From NCBI GenBank assembly GCA_019322895.1, contig JAHWHZ010000001.1, positions 74,220 through 138,219 on the forward strand: DNA of 64,000 nucleotides, read 5' to 3'. Positions 58,755 to 64,000 of the stretch are shown here, in pieces. The notes under the pieces were generated by a model. That model did not search any database. It was not told the DNA's origin and worked only from the letters and a program-made list of their open reading frames with translations. Position numbers and translations under genes: made by a program. This stretch comes from Candidatus Woesearchaeota archaeon. GTDB taxonomy: Archaea > Nanobdellota > Nanobdellia > Woesearchaeales > ARS49. Within the stretch, counting starts at the first letter, position 1. Each line of letters opens with the position of its first letter.

Positions 58755-59381
58755 TTACAAAATAACAAACTCATTTATATATTTTATTGTAGTGAAAGAT
58801 ATAAGTCGCAGTTTTTTGCTCGAGAAGGCAGTTATCACCAACCCCAGACAAAAACCACGCAAAATTATTGATTTTGCAAAGGCTTGGAAGAATTCAAGAG
58901 GATAAAGGTTGACAAGCAGGTCATTTATCTGGAAAATCCATGTCCCTTTTGCGAAAAATAAGCTGTGCATCTGGGAAAATATACAGTCAAAAGGCAAAAT
59001 CAAGAATAAAACAGGCAGGACAACAGATATTATCCCCCCATACAAGAATATTTTTCTTTTATCTTTGATAAATCTAAGCGAAACAATAAAATATACCAGT
59101 GCAATCATGAAAAAGCCAAGCAGATAATGTATAACTGTCCGTACATCCTGCAGATGAGTCATTTCTCTTTCATTGAATTCATTAAAACTTGCAGGAACCT
59201 GGCCTGTAATAAAATAATTTACCATGTCTTTGTTCATCTCTGCAGCTTTCTCTGGCATCAGGCTGTATTTTTGCGTCAGTTTTGTGTAAAAGCTGGAATC
59301 ATAAATCAATATCCCGAATGAGAACAAGTAAACAAGTACAGGAATAAGAATTATTAATAGAATTTTACAATACTTTTGCAT
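58755..59381 (-). CDS. Integral membrane protein, hypothetical
   Basis: Four or five transmembrane helices. Confidence 0.3.
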   Translation of the reverse strand: MQKYCKILLIILIPVLVYLFSFGILIYDSSFYTKLTQKYSLMPEKAAEMNKDMVNYFITGQVPASFNEFNEREMTHLQDVRTVIHYLLGFFMIALVYFIVSLRFIKDKRKIFLYGGIISVVLPVLFLILPFDCIFSQMHSLFFAKGTWIFQINDLLVNLYPLEFFQAFAKSIILRGFCLGLVITAFSSKKLRLISFTTIKYINEFVIL

Positions 59382-61344
59382 TGTCGCCTATCTTTGCCTT
59401 TATTTCTTCTTTTTCTGTCTTGAGAGCCTTTCCTTTGTATCTTACTTTTTTGTCTTTTGTTGTCATCTGCACCTGCTGGAATTCTTTCAAGGTGATTTGT
59501 CCTTCTCCTGGCTCTATTCCCTCTACAAATACCTTTTCTCCAGGAGAACTTTTAGGAGCCTCTACCAGCGCCACTTGCTTCTTCAGCTCTGCTGCCAAGA
59601 GTATGCCTGCACTTTCCACGCCTTTTAATTTTGCAGGCTTCAAGTTAGTCACAACAACGATGTGCTTGCCTTTCAATTCTTCTGGTTTAAAATAAGGCTT
59701 CAGCCCTGCAACTAATTGTCTTCTTTCTTTGCCTAAAGTTATCTGCAGTATATACAGCTTCTCTGCTTCAGGATGCTCTTTGACTTCTGTTATCTCTGCC
59801 ACCTTTAAATTTAGTTTAGCAAAAGGGTCTTCTTCTTTTACCTCAAATTTCTTGAACAATATCTCTGGTTTTGGTATTGTTCCTTTTGTAGTCTTCTTGA
59901 ATTTAACATCATTGAATGTTCCAAGCTTCTGCCCTATCTGTTTTGCTATTTTTTCTCCTGTCTCTGGGATAAATGGATATACATATATTGAGATGGTTCT
60001 CAGGCATTCTGTCAGGACATATAGTATTGTCCCTAATCTTTCCTTGTCTTCCTTTAATTTCCATGGCTCTGTGTCATTGATGTATTTGTTGCATGCCCGG
60101 ATAAAGCTCCAGATCTTGTCTATTACCTTGTTCCACACAAACTTGTGCATTAATTCATTGACTTCATCAAAAATCTCAGATTCTTTTATCAGTTCTTCAT
60201 CTATTTTCTCAAATTTGCCTGGTTTTGGTATTTCTCCTTCAAAATTTTTCTGTGTAAGCACTGTCACTCTCTGCAATAGATTGCCTAGAACATCTGCTAA
60301 GTCTGAGTTTGATCTCTCAACAAGCGCTTCATAAGAAAAATTGCCGTCTTCTCCTGCAGGTATCTCTTTCAAGAAGAAATATCTTACAGGGTCTGTGCCA
60401 TAATCATCTAATAATCTGACAGGATCAACTACAATGCCTCTTGATTTTGAGAGTTTCTCTCCGCCTAAGTTAACAAATCCGTGGCAGTGCACTGTTATCG
60501 GCAGTTTCAGTCCAGCTGACATCAACTCGCACGGCCATATGACTGTGTGAAACCAATTTATGTCTTTGCCGATTATGTGAACATTTGCTGGCCAGTATTT
60601 CTTGAAGTCTTTTCCATCTGGATAGCCTATTCCAGAGATGTAATTCAATAATGCATCAAGCCAGACATACAGTATCTGGTTTGGATCTCCGGGTACTGGC
60701 ACTCCCCATGGAAGGGATGTTATTGGCCTTGAGACGCACAGGTCTCTTAGCGGCTCTTTCAGCCTGTTGATTATCTCTTTTCTTCTTGATTCTGGCAGTA
60801 TGAAGTCAGGATGCTGATTGATGTGCTTGATTAATCTATCTTGATATTTTGACATCTTGAAAAAATACGTGTCTTCTTTCAATATCTCTGGCTTTTTCTT
60901 GTGCACAGGGCAAAGCCCTTCTTCCAGCTCTTTTTCAGTATAATATCTTTCGCACCCCACGCAGTACAGCCCTTCATATGCCCCTTTGTATATGTCGCCT
61001 TTTGCTTTCAGCTTTAGGAAAACCTCTTGGCAAACTTTTTTGTGTTCTTCTGAAGTTGTTCTGATAAACTTATCATATGATATGTTTGCTTTTGTGCATA
61101 ATTCCTTGAAAAAAGGGACATTCTTTTCCATCAATTGCAGTGGTGTTATTCCCTGCTCTTTTGCTGTCTTGTAGTTCTTCTGGCCATGCTCATCTGTCCC
61201 TGTCAAGAAAAAGACATCCTCTCCCAGTAGCCTGTGCCATCTTGCTATGGCATCAGCTATTGTTTTCTCGTACAAATGCCCAATGTGGGGCTTTGCATTA
61301 GGATAATCAATTGCTGTTGTTATGTAAAATGTCTTCTTGGCCAT
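59365..61344 (-). CDS. metG: Methionyl-tRNA synthetase with a C-terminal tRNA-binding (Trbp111/EMAP-like) domain
   Basis: HIGH motif (PHIGHLYE), KMSKS (KLSKSRG), Zn knuckles CVGCE..CPVHKK, C-terminal LKVAEITEVKEHPEAEKLYILQI. Confidence 0.92.
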   Translation of the reverse strand: MAKKTFYITTAIDYPNAKPHIGHLYEKTIADAIARWHRLLGEDVFFLTGTDEHGQKNYKTAKEQGITPLQLMEKNVPFFKELCTKANISYDKFIRTTSEEHKKVCQEVFLKLKAKGDIYKGAYEGLYCVGCERYYTEKELEEGLCPVHKKKPEILKEDTYFFKMSKYQDRLIKHINQHPDFILPESRRKEIINRLKEPLRDLCVSRPITSLPWGVPVPGDPNQILYVWLDALLNYISGIGYPDGKDFKKYWPANVHIIGKDINWFHTVIWPCELMSAGLKLPITVHCHGFVNLGGEKLSKSRGIVVDPVRLLDDYGTDPVRYFFLKEIPAGEDGNFSYEALVERSNSDLADVLGNLLQRVTVLTQKNFEGEIPKPGKFEKIDEELIKESEIFDEVNELMHKFVWNKVIDKIWSFIRACNKYINDTEPWKLKEDKERLGTILYVLTECLRTISIYVYPFIPETGEKIAKQIGQKLGTFNDVKFKKTTKGTIPKPEILFKKFEVKEEDPFAKLNLKVAEITEVKEHPEAEKLYILQITLGKERRQLVAGLKPYFKPEELKGKHIVVVTNLKPAKLKGVESAGILLAAELKKQVALVEAPKSSPGEKVFVEGIEPGEGQITLKEFQQVQMTTKDKKVRYKGKALKTEKEEIKAKIGDNAKVL

Positions 61345-61367
61345 GGCTTAAAGAAAAAGTATAGCAT

Positions 61368-61937
61368 TTATAAATCTTTATATTCTCTCAAGTGCAGTTC
61401 AAGTCTTCCAGGGTCTATTTTTGACGTGTCAATTGTTACGTCAGGATCATGTATCATTTCTGTTCTTGATTTGACATGCTCATACACCTGCTGGCCTGCA
61501 ACATATTTGCCATCGCTGGACTGTTCAAGTCTTTCTTTTATTCTTCGCAAGGTCTCTTCTTCAGGACAGATTATTTGTATCAGTTTTGAATCAGGCGTTA
61601 TTGCTCTTGCCTCATCAACCAACGTCTTTGCGTATAGTGTTGCATCTATTATTACATTTATTCCTTGTTCAATAAGATTTCTTGCGCTTGCAAACAAATC
61701 AGCGTACATTGCATCAACTTTTTCATTTGGAAACACCGCATCCTTGACACCAGGATCAACATCAAAGAAATCCTTGCGAATATCATCCATGCTCAATACT
61801 ATTGCATCATGTTTCCTTGACAAGAATCTGCTTATTGTTGACTTCCCTGTCCCAGGTAATCCGCGTATTATGTATAGCATCATAAAAAAGAAATTACAAG
61901 TCTCTTTTAAAACTTTTGTTTCACCAGTTGTGGACAA
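61368..61937 (-). CDS. P-loop kinase-like ATP-binding protein
   Basis: Walker A GLPGTGKST. Confidence 0.4.
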   Translation of the reverse strand: MSTTGETKVLKETCNFFFMMLYIIRGLPGTGKSTISRFLSRKHDAIVLSMDDIRKDFFDVDPGVKDAVFPNEKVDAMYADLFASARNLIEQGINVIIDATLYAKTLVDEARAITPDSKLIQIICPEEETLRRIKERLEQSSDGKYVAGQQVYEHVKSRTEMIHDPDVTIDTSKIDPGRLELHLREYKDL

Positions 61938-61939
61938 AT

Positions 61940-62347
61940 TTAGCGGCGTGATCCAAACCCAGATTCTTTTTCAGTTATGCCAAATCTTTCAATGTATTTT
62001 TCTGCTATCTCTTTCATCTGCTTTACTTCATCATCAGTAAATTTGGCTCTTTCGCGTTCAAAAGTCCTTTTGCAGTTTTCTACGTTGATTTCAAAAGGGT
62101 CAAAGTTCAGTCCCCATGAAGAGATGTGGTATCCAGACATGTTGCTGTGCGCCTGGTTCAGCTGCCTGCTGTCTATTCCCGCAGCACCCTTGTTCCTGAA
62201 TGGAATCATCTCTAGCACAGAATATTGATCTCTAAGCTCGTAAAAAAAGTCACACCATTCCTGCATGCGTTTCTGCCGGTAATACCTTTTTTCTTTTGGA
62301 ACAAAAGAGAAAATACCTGCCAATAAATCTTCAATAAAACGCACCAT
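61940..62347 (-). CDS. Hypothetical protein
   Basis: ORF only. Confidence 0.25.
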   Translation of the reverse strand: MVRFIEDLLAGIFSFVPKEKRYYRQKRMQEWCDFFYELRDQYSVLEMIPFRNKGAAGIDSRQLNQAHSNMSGYHISSWGLNFDPFEINVENCKRTFERERAKFTDDEVKQMKEIAEKYIERFGITEKESGFGSRR

Positions 62348-62385
62348 AATATAAGGAATGACCTTGAAATATTAAAATTTTTCTA

Positions 62386-62802
62386 CTATTTCATCTTTTT
62401 TGTTATCAGGATATCTTTGCCGCATTTCTGGCACTGGAATTTGACAGCATCCATTGATTTCTTCTTTTGCGCTTCTTCATCAAATACCTGCACTTTCTTT
62501 CTCTTGAAAGGCACCTGCAGTTCGCCTTTGTTTCCGCAGTGCGGGCAGGTGTACTCAATATTGCAGGTCAATGTCTCTTCATATGCTTTTTTCTCAACAG
62601 TGTGGCCGCATGCAGGACACACATATTCTTTTGCCCTTACTTTTACTTTTCCTGTTTTCTCATCTTTTGGCTTGCTCATCTTTGCCTTGCCGCACTTAGA
62701 ACAAGTTTCTTTGAATACCCATGCAACGACCTTGCCGTCTTTTATTGTCCTTCTGGTAAAATAAATGCATTCATCCATTGATTCTGGGAAGCGTAAAGCC
62801 AT
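62386..62802 (-). CDS. Multi-zinc-ribbon protein (four CxxC pairs)
   Basis: CSKCGK, CPACGH, CPHCGN, CQKCGK. Confidence 0.35.
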   Translation of the reverse strand: MALRFPESMDECIYFTRRTIKDGKVVAWVFKETCSKCGKAKMSKPKDEKTGKVKVRAKEYVCPACGHTVEKKAYEETLTCNIEYTCPHCGNKGELQVPFKRKKVQVFDEEAQKKKSMDAVKFQCQKCGKDILITKKMK

Positions 62803-62841
62803 ATAATCACCTCTCTAAGAATTGTTTTTTCTTTTCTGTAT

Positions 62842-63423
62842 TTAAGGGTTTTGGTATAATGCATTCAGTGAAACCTGCAGTTCTAAATCATAATAAAAAA
62901 CTTTTTGTGCAGTCTCTCTTGCAAGCTTGACAAATTCATCATTAAATGCTTTCCTGATTTCTCCTTTCCTGCGGCTGGTAATCCGGGTAGGCTGCTTTAA
63001 TGCTTTGCTGCTGAGCTGTTTCTTGAGTGTTTCTAAAATCTGTTCAAGTTTTCCAGCATCTGTTTCCCCGAATGTTAATGTTTCCTTGACATACTCATCT
63101 TTCCAGACCGGCTCAATTGTCATGATGTAAGGATCTTTAAGTTCTATTTCACCTGTGCTTTGGTTAAGTTCTGCTATCGGAATTATCCATCTTAATCTTT
63201 CTGCATCTCTCCAAAGCACGCTTCTGTAGCCCATCACTTCAGACTGATTGCCTTGTGCTGTAATGCTTGCACCGCCGCTATAAACATTGTTATGGCCGTG
63301 ATTATTTTGAAACAATAATACTTTGGCTGGCAATAATATGTGTTTTTCGCCGTTGATAGAGCTAGTGCGATTCTGCATTCCATGTTGCTGCGCGTGCCAT
63401 TTTTCTGGATTTGTTCTTCGCAT
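62842..63423 (-). CDS. Hypothetical protein
   Basis: ORF only. Confidence 0.25.
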   Translation of the reverse strand: MRRTNPEKWHAQQHGMQNRTSSINGEKHILLPAKVLLFQNNHGHNNVYSGGASITAQGNQSEVMGYRSVLWRDAERLRWIIPIAELNQSTGEIELKDPYIMTIEPVWKDEYVKETLTFGETDAGKLEQILETLKKQLSSKALKQPTRITSRRKGEIRKAFNDEFVKLARETAQKVFYYDLELQVSLNALYQNP

Positions 63424-63458
63424 TTTTTGTTAAGAAAAAATAGTCTCTTTTTAAAGTT

Positions 63459-63977
63459 TCAGGTTCTCTTAACCTCTATAGAAACAGCATCGCAATTCAC
63501 GCGGATATATCGAGGACAGATTGTATAAGGCAGTTTGTTTTCATCGCAGTATTTTATTATTTTCTCTTTTTCTTTTTCATCTTTGAATTTAACAATTACA
63601 TTTATTCCTGTCTTTTCTTTGTGGATTATGTCAAAATCTTTCAGGTCTGCCTTGATTTTCCAGTGCATTCCGTTCCATCTCAGCTGCCTTGCAAATAATT
63701 TATCTAATTCCTCATCCAGCGCAGCCAATTTAGCGGAGTCAAATTCTCCTTCAAAAGAATAATCCTCATCAAAAGCAATAAAACCGCCATAATGCAGATT
63801 GACTGGCTTGTCTTTCCCAAAGCTTCCTATGATTATGTCTCCGATCTGGGCCAGTTCTGTTCCAATGCTTCCAGAGGCATCATTTACCAGCAGGCATTTT
63901 TTTTCAGCGCATATTTCTGTAATCTCTTCCATTGGCTGTTCTGAAAAATAGCCGTTAAGAGAATTGACCAATAGCAC
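63459..63977 (-). CDS. Hypothetical protein (may extend beyond the window end)
   Basis: ORF reaches close to the window edge. Confidence 0.25.
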   Translation of the reverse strand: MLLVNSLNGYFSEQPMEEITEICAEKKCLLVNDASGSIGTELAQIGDIIIGSFGKDKPVNLHYGGFIAFDEDYSFEGEFDSAKLAALDEELDKLFARQLRWNGMHWKIKADLKDFDIIHKEKTGINVIVKFKDEKEKEKIIKYCDENKLPYTICPRYIRVNCDAVSIEVKRT

Positions 63978-64000
63978 AGATTTTTCATCTGCTTTTTCTT

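Overview
This is a low-GC archaeal window. The archaeal call rests on a clear transcription factor B, TrmB-family regulators, an AMP phosphorylase and an AbrB-PhoU regulator family. The Lys/Glu-rich, secretion-rich proteome is compatible with a DPANN-type lineage, though that is only an impression.

Housekeeping genes include MetRS, tRNA-Val(GAC), an intron-containing tRNA-Asp(GUC), a CRM-domain protein, a Kef-type antiporter, an MFS transporter and an HtrA-like protease. They are interrupted by two integrated mobile elements, each with a tyrosine integrase abutting a tRNA 3' end and a short direct repeat at the far end.

Element 1 (about 7.65-21.06 kb, bounded by a 12-bp repeat) sits next to an unresolved tRNA-like locus that overlaps a LAGLIDADG homing-endonuclease ORF. 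It carries defence-island cargo:
- a HerA/FtsK-like ATPase paired with a Cas4-like nuclease fused to a DEDD-like domain;
- a type II restriction-modification pair;
- a three-gene module of an unknown protein, a HEPN protein and a ParB-like nuclease;
- a family of roughly 70-nt hairpin repeats.

Element 2 (40.68-50.52 kb, bounded by a 14-bp repeat matching the tRNA-Asp 3' end) looks like an integrated virus or plasmid. It has about 17 small genes all on the minus strand, two integrases, a SprT-like protease, Zn-ribbon proteins and an iteron-plus-AT-palindrome origin-like region.

Outside the elements the most unusual loci are:
- a GGDEF-domain cyclase directly upstream of a zinc-hook Rad50/SbcC-like ATPase with no Mre11 partner;
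- a HemK-like methyltransferase fused to a Bud32/RIO-like kinase domain, in an operon with a FabH-like enzyme.

I found no CRISPR arrays and no rRNA genes.
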